From the NCBI GenBank assembly GCA_016215115.1, contig JACRLN010000031.1, positions 1,284-65,283 on the forward strand: a stretch of 64,000 nucleotides of DNA. Reading direction: 5' to 3'. Source of the stretch: Nitrospirota bacterium. GTDB taxonomy: Bacteria > Nitrospirota > Thermodesulfovibrionia > UBA6902. This document shows, piece by piece, positions 9,444 through 20,254 of the stretch. Position 1 is the first letter of the stretch. Every line of letters starts with the position of its first letter. The translations under genes were made by a program, and so were the position numbers. Below the pieces are notes generated by a model. It ran no database searches and had not been told where the DNA came from. It saw only the letters and a list, made by a program, of their open reading frames with translations.

Positions 9444-10295
9444 ATGCCAACATTAGAGGATTACAAAGGTCAACAGCCTGCATGGTGTCCGGGATGCGGC
9501 AACTATAGCATTCTTAAAGCATTCAAAGATGCGATGATTGAGATGAACATAGAGCCGCATCAGTTTATCATTGTATCAGGGATAGGACAGGCGGCTAAAT
9601 TTCCGCATTACGTCAAATGTAACACATTCAACGGCCTTCACGGCAGGGCGCTTCCTGTTGCGACCGGGATAAGACTTGCCAATCATGAGATGCCTGTTAT
9701 GGTCTTTACAGGAGACGGAGACTGTTATGGGGAGGGGGGGAACCATCTGGTTCATGCGATGAGGAGGAACATTAATGTGAAACTTTTTGTTCACGATAAT
9801 CAGATATACGGCCTTACAAAAGGGCAGGCATCTCCGACAAGCATGGAGGGGATGAAGACCAAGAACCAGCCTTTTGGCGTTTTTTCCGAGCCGCTTAATC
9901 CGATGGCAATGGCTGTAGCGCTTGACTGCAGTTTTGTGGCAAGAGGCTTCACCGGTGAAATGAAACATTTAACATGGTTGATAAAAGAAGCGGCAAACCA
10001 TAAAGGGTTTTCACTGGTTGATATTTTGCAGCCGTGTGTAACTTTCAACAAAGTTAATACATATGACTGGTATAAGCAGAGAGTTTATCAAATTGAGCCT
10101 GAATACAATCCCGAGGACAGAATCGCTGCATTCAAAAAAGCCCTTGAATGGGGAGAGCGTATTTCCCTTGGGATAATTTTCAGAAATTCCCGGACGATTT
10201 TAGAAGAAAGGGTACCGGTGATTAAGGATAAACCTCTTGTTCAGCAGACATTTGATCCATCAAAGATAGAAACTACTTTAAAAGAATTTTATTAA
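9444..10295 (+). CDS. korB: 2-oxoacid:ferredoxin oxidoreductase beta subunit (TPP-binding)
   Basis: CPGCGNYSIL and GDGDCYGEGGNHLVHAMRRN motifs. Start chosen at ATG 9444 with ribosome-binding site GGAGAAAA. The track start 9375 lies inside the MITE. Confidence 0.85.
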   Translation: MPTLEDYKGQQPAWCPGCGNYSILKAFKDAMIEMNIEPHQFIIVSGIGQAAKFPHYVKCNTFNGLHGRALPVATGIRLANHEMPVMVFTGDGDCYGEGGNHLVHAMRRNINVKLFVHDNQIYGLTKGQASPTSMEGMKTKNQPFGVFSEPLNPMAMAVALDCSFVARGFTGEMKHLTWLIKEAANHKGFSLVDILQPCVTFNKVNTYDWYKQRVYQIEPEYNPEDRIAAFKKALEWGERISLGIIFRNSRTILEERVPVIKDKPLVQQTFDPSKIETTLKEFY

Positions 10296-10464
10296 TGAAA
10301 AGCAAAGAAAATGGATATTTATATTTTTTATCTTGCCTTATTCGCACAGTTTATAGTTATAATTAAACATAAATGCTTACAGGCAACAGCCCGATAAGCA
10401 TTACTTCTGAATTTCAAGAAATACAAAAGGTTCTTTAAAAAAACTCTGGTCTAATAATTAATCA

Positions 10465-12570
10465 ATGAAGAGAAAAACCAAGAAAGTCTTCTGTATTATT
10501 CTTTTTACACTTTTCTGTTTTATTTCAACAGATTTTTCTTTTTCGAAAGTTCACTCTCTTGAAGTCAAAAATAGTAAGAAGGGAAATGTCAGCAACCTCA
10601 TTGATGTTCTCCTCTCTTCTGAACACGTTGAGGGTGAAATCCTTGTTAAGTTCAGAAATGAAATAGCAGTTAATAATGCTTTATTGAAAAGTGTCTCGAA
10701 TGCCGCTCATTTGGTAACAGGGGGGTCTGTAAAAAAAGAGTTTAAGAGATTGAGAGGATTACAACTTGTCAGTCTTGGAAATCAAATATCAGTAAGTCAG
10801 GCACTGGAATCTTATATAAATAACCCTGATATAGAATATGCCGAACCAAACTATATTGTCCATTCAACGGCAATGCCGGATGACACATATTTCAATCAAC
10901 TCTGGGGGCTGAATAATACAGGACAGACAGGCGGAACCGTTGATGCAGATATAGATGCACCGGAAGCATGGGAACTGACAACCGGATCAAGCGATGTTGT
11001 AATAGCTGTGGTTGATACCGGAATTTCTTATAATCATCCCGAGTTAAGTGCTAATATCTGGTACAATCCAGGAGAGACAAGTTGTACGGACGGCATTGAT
11101 AATGACGGCAACGGCTATGTAGATGACTGCTACGGATGGGACTTTGTTGATAATGACAATGATCCTATGGGTTATGCAAGTCATGGCACCCATGTGGCTG
11201 GAACAATTGCTGCAGTTGGAAATAATACACAAGGCGTTGCGGGGGTAATGTGGACTGCAAAAATTATGCCCCTGAGATTCCTTGACGCAATTGGTTCCGG
11301 AACAACAGCAGACGCTATTTCTGCTATACTTTATGCCAATGCCAAGGGTGCCCATGTAATTAACAACAGTTGGGGCGGAGGAGGTTTCAGCCAGGCCCTT
11401 AAAGATGCGATAGATGCGTCACCTGCGGTTGTTGTCTGTGCTGCAGGAAATAGTACCTCTAATAATGATTCAGCTCCTTTTTATCCGGCAAGCTACACAA
11501 GCGCTAACATCATAGCGGTTGCGGCTACTGACCATAATGATAATCTTGCCTGGTTTTCCAGCTATGGAGCAACATCAGTGGATGTAGCAGCGCCAGGTGT
11601 AAGCATCTATAGCACTGTGCCTGCGCGGCATCAATTATTTTTTGATAATATGACTACCCTGAATAATTGGACAGCTCAATCGCCATGGGGGCTTTCAACA
11701 ATTTATTTTAGCTCCCCGTATAGCGCCTCAGACAGCCCAACGGGGAATTATGCCAATAATACAAATACATCGCTAAAATTGGCTAATCTGATTAGCCTGA
11801 CCGGGGAAAGAGGAACGGTGCTGGAATATTGGCTTCGCCTGCAAACGCAAAGTTATTATGATTTTCTCTGTGTTGATGCATCCACAAACGGCAATTCATG
11901 GACAAACCTTAATTGCTACTATGGAAGTACAGGTTCATCATTTTATTTTATGGAGGAAGACCTTACTTCTTATGACGGCCGGGCACAATTTTACATAAGA
12001 TTCAGATTGCAGTCCAACAACTCTGTTACCGACGATGGAGCATATATTGATGATGTGAAGATTACTTCCTATTCAGCAGACTATACTGGTACAGAATATG
12101 CGTATTATAGTGGTACATCAATGGCAACTCCACATGTATCAGGGCTTGCGGGGCTGATAAAATCCTTATATCCTTTCCTTACAAATCTTGAGATAAAAGC
12201 CGCTATTCTTAATAATGTCGATACAAAAAGTTCATTAACGGGCAAGGTACTGACAGACGGCAGAATCAATGCATTTAAGGCATTAAGTTCGATAACATGT
12301 CCATATTTTCCGGTCATGATTGCGCGTATAACACCTGCATATTTTTCATCCCTGCAGGCTGCATATAATGCGGCAGTGGAGGGTGAGACGATCCAGAGCC
12401 AGGCCTTGAATTTTACTGAAGATCTGAATATTAACATTAATAAATCGGTGACCGTTGAAGGTGGTTATAACTGTGATTATTCAACTGTTATCGGGATGAC
12501 AAGGCTTACCGGCTTGATGACAACAAGCTACGGAACAATAACAATCGGAAATCTTGAATTGAAGCAATAA
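10465..12570 (+). CDS. Secreted subtilisin-like serine protease (S8) with C-terminal extension
   Basis: Signal peptide and catalytic triad motifs VVDTGISYNHPEL, HGTHVAGTIAA and GTSMATPHVSGLAGLI. Confidence 0.9.
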   Translation: MKRKTKKVFCIILFTLFCFISTDFSFSKVHSLEVKNSKKGNVSNLIDVLLSSEHVEGEILVKFRNEIAVNNALLKSVSNAAHLVTGGSVKKEFKRLRGLQLVSLGNQISVSQALESYINNPDIEYAEPNYIVHSTAMPDDTYFNQLWGLNNTGQTGGTVDADIDAPEAWELTTGSSDVVIAVVDTGISYNHPELSANIWYNPGETSCTDGIDNDGNGYVDDCYGWDFVDNDNDPMGYASHGTHVAGTIAAVGNNTQGVAGVMWTAKIMPLRFLDAIGSGTTADAISAILYANAKGAHVINNSWGGGGFSQALKDAIDASPAVVVCAAGNSTSNNDSAPFYPASYTSANIIAVAATDHNDNLAWFSSYGATSVDVAAPGVSIYSTVPARHQLFFDNMTTLNNWTAQSPWGLSTIYFSSPYSASDSPTGNYANNTNTSLKLANLISLTGERGTVLEYWLRLQTQSYYDFLCVDASTNGNSWTNLNCYYGSTGSSFYFMEEDLTSYDGRAQFYIRFRLQSNNSVTDDGAYIDDVKITSYSADYTGTEYAYYSGTSMATPHVSGLAGLIKSLYPFLTNLEIKAAILNNVDTKSSLTGKVLTDGRINAFKALSSITCPYFPVMIARITPAYFSSLQAAYNAAVEGETIQSQALNFTEDLNININKSVTVEGGYNCDYSTVIGMTRLTGLMTTSYGTITIGNLELKQ

Positions 12571-12701
12571 TAAAAGGGCAAGGATATTGATCTGACAAAA
12601 AAACTGGCAAGCGTACAATATCAGTCATGATTTAACCATTAAAGGCGTAGAGAAGTTTTCTGCCGACTGGAATTCGTTGATCAGGAAATTTGAACAAGCT
12701 T

Positions 12702-13592
12702 TTAATGTCGATTAACCATTCGATATGCAAGACTTGAAGCAGCTTCTTTGAAGTAACGAAATCTTGTAGATAATAAACATCCCTGCCTGTATGTCGTTCT
12801 TAAGTCGTCAACCTGCTTTCCTGACACAATAAATTCAGGAACACCCCAAAGCTCAAAAGCCTTTCGATAAGTATTATCTTTATATAAATCAACACCCATG
12901 ATAGCAGCAGCAATAATATCTACTGCTAACATATTGTCACCAGCCAATACCACGTTAGTCGATATCGGTGTGCTTTGAACTTCATCAAACTCATTTCCCC
13001 ATACACCATCTATCATACAGAAATGACTTGGGATGATCTGATTCATATCGAGTAATGCCTTGCGAATAAATGGGTGGTACATTAGTTTCTGCTTTCGAGT
13101 GGGTACAAAGCCAAAAATATTTTTCAGACATAATGTGACGCCTGCAAGAGAATGAGTTTTCATTTTAGCAATGTTAATGACATAATCGTGATCAAAGACA
13201 CTGGCGTTAAAAGGCATTTCCTGTGTGTGATATGGTTTGGGTATCTGTTTCCATACAATTCCTGCTGAGCGAATATCCTCAAGTTGAACATTGGGGAACT
13301 CTTTAACAAGTTGCCGATATCCAAGTTCATCGAATGCCTTGACAGTATCGCTGCAAGATTCGCCAATCGTTATCTGAGGACAATCAACAAGGCGTTCCAA
13401 AACGGCCCTTACTAATCCGGTATCCACTGTCATTCCATATTCGGAAGGCTGACCGGCGGTAAGATTAGGTTTAATATATACCCGCTTACCATGAACGCTA
13501 AATCCAAGTGCATCAAGGGCTTCACACGCACCTTTATATGGATTATCCGTATGGGCGAGATAGAGCTTACTGACCTTGTTTTCCTGAGACAT
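12702..13592 (-). CDS. DUF362 domain protein
   Basis: VYIKPNLTAGQPSEYGMTVDTGLVRAVLERL is the DUF362 core. Confidence 0.7.
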   Translation of the reverse strand: MSQENKVSKLYLAHTDNPYKGACEALDALGFSVHGKRVYIKPNLTAGQPSEYGMTVDTGLVRAVLERLVDCPQITIGESCSDTVKAFDELGYRQLVKEFPNVQLEDIRSAGIVWKQIPKPYHTQEMPFNASVFDHDYVINIAKMKTHSLAGVTLCLKNIFGFVPTRKQKLMYHPFIRKALLDMNQIIPSHFCMIDGVWGNEFDEVQSTPISTNVVLAGDNMLAVDIIAAAIMGVDLYKDNTYRKAFELWGVPEFIVSGKQVDDLRTTYRQGCLLSTRFRYFKEAASSLAYRMVNRH

Positions 13593-14101
13593 AATATCTA
13601 ATTTTTATTGATTTGATATTCTAATCTAATAATATTATAAATTAATCTTATGATTATTGCGATACGTATTGAGTAGCTTCACGGACAATTAAAACGTTAC
13701 CTGTTAAAAGTTAATAGTGATTGTTGACTTTCTCAATTTATTATAGGATTAGTGCACATAATCAACAACGTCCCCAAAGTTTCCGTTATTATCAATAAGT
13801 TCGTTTCAGTCTGGCTGTTATTGATAATTCGCAAGTATCAAAGATTTCAATTATGCTCCAGAGGGCTTGATTTATTCCTAAAATCCTCAACCATCCACTT
13901 GCCTTAACAATAAAGGGTTATAACACTCAACCCATACTTGCACAGTTGCGCAAATATGCTTATATTTAAAACTTATAAGAATTATAAGAATTTTGAATTG
14001 GACACCTTTTTATTAACATGTTAAATTATATTAAGTCTATCTTTATAATTATTGAAAATATTGTTTTAAAGAAATATTTAAAAATTTGAGTTGGAGGATT
14101 T

Positions 14102-14692
14102 ATGAGCAAAAAACAATCAAGTAAGTTAATATGTGTTTTAATCTTCAGTCTGATTACATTATTTATCCTGATTTCATCTGTTTCTGTACAGGCTCATGAT
14201 GGTACGGTAGGTAGTGACCCATCTCCAATTGATTTTGGCTTAACATCACAAGACTTTTTACATGTAGATGCTGCTCCATGGAAAGGTTTTTTTATGATCT
14301 ATACAAAAAACACATCAGCGTCTACATGGGTTGGTTTTAATTTCAGTCTTTCTGGATCATCAGGGGTGTTTATTGATACAGCCCTCTATGAAGCTGCAAA
14401 TGGCGCAGGCAGTTGTGGGTGGGCTTTAGATGGCGATTGTGATCCGAGAAGCAGTAAAACGGTCAGTAGCTGGACAATCAGCCCTGATCAGAAAAACATG
14501 TCTGTATTTACAACAAACAGTGTTGCACCTGGACAAACAGCTTGGTATAGAGTATACACAGATAATACTGCATCTCAGGGTAATTTCACTGTGACAGGCG
14601 CTCCTATTGTTCCTGAGCCAGTCAGCTCCATCCTTTTTGTTATAGGCGGAACGCTTTTAGCAGGCAGAAGATATTTGAAAAGAAAAAAGTAA
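14102..14692 (+). CDS. Secreted PEP-CTERM sorting-domain protein
   Basis: N-terminal signal peptide. The C-terminus VPEPVSSILFVIGGTLLAGRRYLKRKK is a PEP motif, TM helix and basic tail. Confidence 0.7.
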   Translation: MSKKQSSKLICVLIFSLITLFILISSVSVQAHDGTVGSDPSPIDFGLTSQDFLHVDAAPWKGFFMIYTKNTSASTWVGFNFSLSGSSGVFIDTALYEAANGAGSCGWALDGDCDPRSSKTVSSWTISPDQKNMSVFTTNSVAPGQTAWYRVYTDNTASQGNFTVTGAPIVPEPVSSILFVIGGTLLAGRRYLKRKK

Positions 14693-14721
14693 GGTTTCGT
14701 TAAACATAAATTCCTAAAAGG

Positions 14722-14752
14722 GTCTGAATCAATCATTTCAGACCCTTTTTTA
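14722..14752 (+). terminator. Rho-independent terminator (gggtctgaa...ttcagaccc + T-run)
   Basis: GC-rich hairpin followed by ttttttac, 30 nt after the stop at 14692. Confidence 0.7.
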
Positions 14753-14821
14753 CGCTCACTTTGTAACATTAGTTAATAAAATTTTAAACATTTCAAATTA
14801 TTCATAAGCAGGTATTATCAA

Positions 14822-14856
14822 CAATAAAAAAGGGCTTGCCGAAACAAGCCCCTCTC
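14822..14856 (-). terminator. Rho-independent terminator for the minus-strand small gene (ggggcttgtttcggcaagccc + T-run on minus strand)
   Basis: The hairpin aagggcttgccgaaacaagccc is followed on the minus strand by ttttttattg. Confidence 0.6.
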
Positions 14857-14891
14857 AGTTTGACTCAATATGCAACTTCTATATACTATTT

Positions 14892-14996
14892 TTTCTTGTG
14901 AGTAGCACAGCATTTTGAGTTGCCGCTTGCGGTATTTTTACATCTTTTCCCCTCTTTTGTTTTTTCGGTACATCTTGCTTTCTTTGCCATATTTTC
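14892..14996 (-). CDS. Small basic Cys-containing peptide (34 aa, MAKKARCTEKTKEGKRCKNTASGNSKCCATHKKK), below the ORF track's 60-aa minimum
   Basis: A strong ribosome-binding site AAAGGAG sits 7 nt upstream of the ATG and a terminator lies downstream. Cys at positions 7, 17, 27 and 28. Confidence 0.5.
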
Positions 14997-15215
14997 TCCT
15001 TTCCGCATTACAAGTTTTTATTTTTATTGCTTACAATGCACTTGATGTATAAGTACGTCATTTATAAATAAAAACTTTAGCTTTTCCAAATGTCTTTATT
15101 CTCATATCGGATTAACGGGCGTTGCTTTTACACACTCACCGGCGATGAGCCCTTGACACATCAGCATAATATGTTATCCTACATACAATAAAAAAAATAT
15201 CTGGGGGCGATTCGA

Positions 15216-17900
15216 TTGAACAAGAAAATCGGATTACTGTTATTTATTGGCATAGCTGTCTTGGTCGTCTTGATGTTCGGGTCCTCTGTATTAAATCTTT
15301 ATGTGGACTGGATGTTTTTTGATGAAACAGGATTTCTGACTGTCTTTAATACGGTGCTTACAAGTAAAATTATCGCCTCCCTGTTATTCAGTGCGGTCTT
15401 TCTGGTGTTCTATTTATTAAATATTTTTATTGCCAACAGGATCGATTTCCCTCTCAGAAATCTTAATATATTCGGCGATACTGTTTATCCTATAAAAACC
15501 TTATCGTTTGATAAACCTGTCAAATGGATAACAATACTTGCAGGAATTTTTATAGGTTTTCTCATAGCATTGTTCGGCGCCTCAAAGTGGGAAGAAATCC
15601 TGCTCTTCAAAAACAGGCTTGATGTCGGGATGCAGGATCCCATATTCAACCGTGATATCAGCTTCTATTTTTTCGCCCTGCCCCTGATAGAGACGATAAA
15701 GGGTTTTGCAGGCTTTACTGTTATCTTAACAGGAGTAGTAACCACAGTGAGTTATTTCCTGCGGGGAGGGATCTCAGTATCAGAGAGAAACATATCCATG
15801 CATCCCTATGTCAGGAAACACGCGGGAATGTTCGGGATATTCTTGTTCGGTATCCTGGCCCTTCACTTTTATATCGATTCATACAGGCTTTTATTTTCCG
15901 AGCATGGCGTAATTTCCGGTGCAGGGTACACAGATGTTCATACAAAACTTTTTACACTTAGGCTTCTTGCCATACTTACCGCAGTCACGGGCATCGTATT
16001 TATCACGGCCACTTTCAGGGGTTCATTAAAATGGGTAGTTTTTCCTGCTGCTCTTACCGGACTCGTATATATCGGAGGGATTATCCTGTATACCCCGTTT
16101 CTGCAGAAATTCAAGGTGGCACCTAACGAACTTGAACTTGAAAAACCCTATATCGGGTACAACATCGATTTCACACGGTTTGGCTATGACCTAAACAGTA
16201 TCGAACTGAAGTCTTTTGATGTTTCGTACAATCTTGAGGCAAAGGATATCACAAAGAACGACGCAACCATCAAGAACATCAGGCTGTGGGACAATAACCC
16301 TCTGCTGAAAACATACGGCCAGCTCCAGCAGATAAGGACGTACTACAAATTTATCGATGTTGACAACGACAGATATACTATCAACGGAGAATATAAACAG
16401 GTCATGCTCTCGCCGAGGGAACTGTCATATAATGACCTTCCGAGTAAATCGTGGATCAACGAAAGGCTTGTATTTACCCACGGCAACGGATTGGCTATGG
16501 GCCCGGTAAGCAGGATCACGAAAGAAGGGCTGCCGGAATTTATTATCAAAGACATCCCGCCGGTTTCTGAAACAGATATTAAAATAACCAGGCCTGAAAT
16601 TTATTACGGTGAATTGCCAAACGACTATGTAGTAGTTAAAACCAAAGTACAGGAATTCAGTTATCCTACCGCAACAGAAAATGTTTATACGAAATACGAT
16701 GGCAACGGAGGGGTCGAGCTTTCCTCTTTACTGCGCCGCTCTGTATTTGCTGTAAAATTCAACACAGCGAAAATTTTCCTGTCTTCTGACATAACGCCTG
16801 AAAGCCGGATCCTTTTTTACAGAAATATCAATGAAAGGATTTTACGGATAGCGCCGTTCCTTATGTATGATTCAGACCCATATATGGTTGTTTCTGATAA
16901 AGGCAAACTCTACTGGATGATCGATTGTTACACTGTATCGGCGAATTTGCCGTATTCAACACGAGGTAACAACGGTTTTAACTATATCAGAAATTCTGTC
17001 AAGGCGGTCATTGACGCATATACCGGCGGAGTGAGTTTCTATATCAGTAACCCTGATGACGTGATGGTAAAGGTCTATTCCCGTGCCTTCAGCGGATTAT
17101 TCAGGCCCATTTCGGATATGCCCGAAGATTTGCGCAGACATGTACGGTATCCGCAGGGAATGCTCGAGGTACAGGCCCGGATGTTTACATCCTTTCACAT
17201 GACAGACCCTAAGACATTTTACAATAAAGAGGACCTGTGGGAGATACCTTCTTACAGTGATAAACCGATGCAGCCTTATAATACGATAATGAAACTGCCG
17301 GGAGAGAAGAAGGAAGAGTATATTCTGCTGGTCCCATATACACCTTCCAAGAGGGATAACCTGGCTGCCTGGCTCGCCGCACGATGTGACATGCCGCATT
17401 ATGGAAAACTGATTGTATATGTTTTTCCCAGGGACAGGCTTGTATTCGGACCGAGCCAGGTCAATGCACGAATTGATCAGGACGCTTATATTTCCCAGCA
17501 GATTACCTTATGGGGGCAAATAGGTTCACAGGTTATCCGTGGAAGTCTTCTCGTTATCCCAATCGAAAATTCCCTCCTCTATGTCCAGCCTTTATACCTG
17601 TCGGCATCGGATAAAGGCGGTCTTCCCGAACTCAGAAGGGTAGTCGTCGCCTATGAGAACAACGTTGTCATGGAAGAGAACCTTGAGCTGGCCCTGCAGC
17701 GTTTATTTTTTAAAGGAGAAAAAACCTCTGCTGTAAAGGAAAAACCTTCAGAGCAAATACAGATGCCATCTGAGGGTCTTGCGAAAGAGGCGCTGAAGGT
17801 TTACGAAAAAGCCCTGCAATTGCAGAAGACCGGGGATTGGGCAGGTTATGGAGAACAGATTAAAAACCTGGAACAGATCTTAAGGAAAATGGCACGGTAG
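15216..17900 (+). CDS. UPF0182 family integral membrane protein (YerB-like, ~900 aa)
   Basis: The N-terminal TM segment plus LNLYVDWMFFDETGFLTVFNTVL matches the UPF0182 hallmark. Multiple TM helices and a large C-terminal domain. Confidence 0.8.
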   Translation: MNKKIGLLLFIGIAVLVVLMFGSSVLNLYVDWMFFDETGFLTVFNTVLTSKIIASLLFSAVFLVFYLLNIFIANRIDFPLRNLNIFGDTVYPIKTLSFDKPVKWITILAGIFIGFLIALFGASKWEEILLFKNRLDVGMQDPIFNRDISFYFFALPLIETIKGFAGFTVILTGVVTTVSYFLRGGISVSERNISMHPYVRKHAGMFGIFLFGILALHFYIDSYRLLFSEHGVISGAGYTDVHTKLFTLRLLAILTAVTGIVFITATFRGSLKWVVFPAALTGLVYIGGIILYTPFLQKFKVAPNELELEKPYIGYNIDFTRFGYDLNSIELKSFDVSYNLEAKDITKNDATIKNIRLWDNNPLLKTYGQLQQIRTYYKFIDVDNDRYTINGEYKQVMLSPRELSYNDLPSKSWINERLVFTHGNGLAMGPVSRITKEGLPEFIIKDIPPVSETDIKITRPEIYYGELPNDYVVVKTKVQEFSYPTATENVYTKYDGNGGVELSSLLRRSVFAVKFNTAKIFLSSDITPESRILFYRNINERILRIAPFLMYDSDPYMVVSDKGKLYWMIDCYTVSANLPYSTRGNNGFNYIRNSVKAVIDAYTGGVSFYISNPDDVMVKVYSRAFSGLFRPISDMPEDLRRHVRYPQGMLEVQARMFTSFHMTDPKTFYNKEDLWEIPSYSDKPMQPYNTIMKLPGEKKEEYILLVPYTPSKRDNLAAWLAARCDMPHYGKLIVYVFPRDRLVFGPSQVNARIDQDAYISQQITLWGQIGSQVIRGSLLVIPIENSLLYVQPLYLSASDKGGLPELRRVVVAYENNVVMEENLELALQRLFFKGEKTSAVKEKPSEQIQMPSEGLAKEALKVYEKALQLQKTGDWAGYGEQIKNLEQILRKMAR

Positions 17901-17914
17901 GTATGATTCAGGTG

Positions 17915-18568
17915 TTATTTATAGCTTGTCAGAAGTCTTTCTATAGCACCTGATGCCAGTTCACCTACAGATTTTTCCTTTAATTCCCCGTCTTGATAAA
18001 ATTCAATACGGTTTGTATCTTTCTTTAAATTTTCCAATGCAGCCGCTGATCCTTCATTTCCCATTTCACCGAGTGCCCATGCAGCATAGCCACGAAGCGT
18101 GTTATCGTCAGATTTAAGATAGGAAAGAATAATGGGAATAGCATAATTGACTGTTTCATTATTGATTTTCCCTATTCTGCCCAAGGCCCAAAGCACACCT
18201 GAGCATAACATTTTCTCTTCATGAAAAGATGCTATTATCGGTGCGATATCTGAACACAGAACAGGATTATTTTTTACTATTTCACCAAGGATCTCAGGTA
18301 CGCTCCAGCCGATTCCACCTGATTCATCCCTTATCATCCACAGAAGACGGCCTGCAATATTCCTGACAATATCAGGATTTGACCTGGATAATTCTTTTGT
18401 TACAAAACCGATGGCTTCTATTGCACGCCATGAGTTCCGTGTTTTTTTGTCGTATGAAAGAGATATTAAAGTACTGACGACCTTCTTATCAATTAATGTA
18501 AGTTTTGATAAAGCGTTATAGTCTCTTTTTTCAAGCAGGATTACAATTTCTTTTTTTGAGGGGGACAC
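17915..18568 (-). CDS. HEAT/PBS-lyase-like repeat protein
   Basis: Repeated ...AAWALGEMG... / ...VLWALGRIG... HEAT-like units. Confidence 0.6.
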   Translation of the reverse strand: MSPSKKEIVILLEKRDYNALSKLTLIDKKVVSTLISLSYDKKTRNSWRAIEAIGFVTKELSRSNPDIVRNIAGRLLWMIRDESGGIGWSVPEILGEIVKNNPVLCSDIAPIIASFHEEKMLCSGVLWALGRIGKINNETVNYAIPIILSYLKSDDNTLRGYAAWALGEMGNEGSAAALENLKKDTNRIEFYQDGELKEKSVGELASGAIERLLTSYK

Positions 18569-18581
18569 AGATAAAATCAGA

Positions 18582-18863
18582 CTACTGAAGAACTAATTTG
18601 ATTTCAGGCATTCTTTCATTGAAAGCTACCTGTACGCATCGGGATTCGCATTCAGCACAATAACCTACACAGCGTATTGTTACCTTCTTGCCTTTTATCG
18701 CAACTAATTCTGCGAAACTGTTATGCGACTCAAGCAGCCAGTTCAGGTTATGAAGGACTTCATGAACTTTTTCTTCAATTTCTCTCATATTTGTTGAAAG
18801 CAATTTTATGGTCTTTCTAAATGAGAATATTTCAACTGTAGTTATATTGTAATTAAGAACCAT
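18582..18863 (-). CDS. Small hypothetical protein with Cys cluster (CVGYCAECESRC)
   Basis: ORF adjacent to the flavodiiron gene with a CxxxCxxCxxxC motif. The start is uncertain. Confidence 0.4.
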   Translation of the reverse strand: MVLNYNITTVEIFSFRKTIKLLSTNMREIEEKVHEVLHNLNWLLESHNSFAELVAIKGKKVTIRCVGYCAECESRCVQVAFNERMPEIKLVLQ

Positions 18864-18918
18864 GCGTTTTACTATCAGGGATAACCCTATGCAAGGTAGG
18901 GTAAATATTTATACAATT

Positions 18919-20136
18919 TTAAATAAATTTTACATGATATTCTTTGACTTTTTTTGCAAATTCTCTTCCAAAATTATAACAATTTTTATTGTCTTCCACA
19001 GAAGGTTTATAAAGCACCTGCATCCCTGGTTCAAAAACCTCCAGCTTCATTTTTTTAAATTCCTCATAAGCCTCTTTAACGGCTCCGCCGCCCCATCCAT
19101 AACTCCCAAAAGCTCCGATGACACGATTTTTAGGACGCAGTCCTTTGAGATGCGTCAAAAATTCTGCAACAGACGGGTACAATATATTATTAAGAGTTGG
19201 ACTTCCGATCAGACATCCTCTCGATTTCCAAAATTCTTTTATTGCGACGCTTATCGGTGTTGCGCGCAGTTTTATTACTTTACAGTCAACGCCCTCGTCC
19301 TTTATCCCATGCATAATGGGGAGAGTCATAAGCTCTGTGCTGTGCCACATAGTATCGTAAATTACAGCTATGCTCAAAGAAGCCTTTCCATTTGCGAGAT
19401 CGAGATATTTCTGTATTATCTCGCCAGGCGCCTTTCGCCAGATTATTCCGTGATCAGGTGCGATCATGTCTATTTCAATTCCAAGTTTTTGTATATCTGC
19501 GATCTTTGTTTTTATAAGTTCTCCGAAAGGCATAAGGATATTTGCATAGTAATCAACAACGGAATCTTCCAGTTCCGCATGGGAAGCACACTCAATAAAT
19601 TCATCGTCAAAGCGGGATGAGGTTGCAATATGCTGTCCAAATGCATCCTGTGAAATAAGGAGTTTGGCTTCTTTTATATATGTCATCATTGAATCAGGCC
19701 AGTGAAGCATGGGTGTTTCGATGAAATGCAGATTGTATTTGCCTGTATTAAGGATATCGCCGGTTTTAACGGTCTTAAATTTCCATTTTGATGTATCAAA
19801 GTGCCTGTCAAGTCCCTTTTTACCTTTCTCAGTAATATAGATTGTTGCGTCAGGCGCAAACGACATAATTTTATCAATGCTGCTCGCATGGTCAGGTTCT
19901 ATGTGATTTATCACTAAATTCAAAATTTTTGAGGGGTCCGTAAGCTGCTTTATATTATCTATTGTGATATGAGAAAAATCGTATTTTACTGTATCAAGCA
20001 GGGTGATCTGCTCATCCATTATCAAATAGTTGTTATACGTCGTTCCATTTGGTGTTACATAACCATGAAAATCTCTTACTGCCCAATCAATTGCGCCAAC
20101 CCAAAAAATGTCAGTTTTTATTTCAATTGTCTTCAC
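18919..20136 (-). CDS. Flavodiiron protein (metallo-beta-lactamase + flavodoxin; O2/NO reductase FprA family)
   Basis: HIEPDHASS diiron motif in a beta-lactamase fold, followed by the C-terminal flavodoxin segment SPTLNNILYPSVAEFLTHLKGLRPKNRVIGAFGSYGWGGGA. Confidence 0.9.
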   Translation of the reverse strand: MKTIEIKTDIFWVGAIDWAVRDFHGYVTPNGTTYNNYLIMDEQITLLDTVKYDFSHITIDNIKQLTDPSKILNLVINHIEPDHASSIDKIMSFAPDATIYITEKGKKGLDRHFDTSKWKFKTVKTGDILNTGKYNLHFIETPMLHWPDSMMTYIKEAKLLISQDAFGQHIATSSRFDDEFIECASHAELEDSVVDYYANILMPFGELIKTKIADIQKLGIEIDMIAPDHGIIWRKAPGEIIQKYLDLANGKASLSIAVIYDTMWHSTELMTLPIMHGIKDEGVDCKVIKLRATPISVAIKEFWKSRGCLIGSPTLNNILYPSVAEFLTHLKGLRPKNRVIGAFGSYGWGGGAVKEAYEEFKKMKLEVFEPGMQVLYKPSVEDNKNCYNFGREFAKKVKEYHVKFI

Positions 20137-20254
20137 ACTTGCCTCCTGGAAAGGATATATGCCTTATCAAAATATTACCACTATAAAAAGATGCTTGCAA
20201 GAGAGTCCGGAAATTTATATTATTTAATATTAGAGTATTATAATTTAACAGCTT

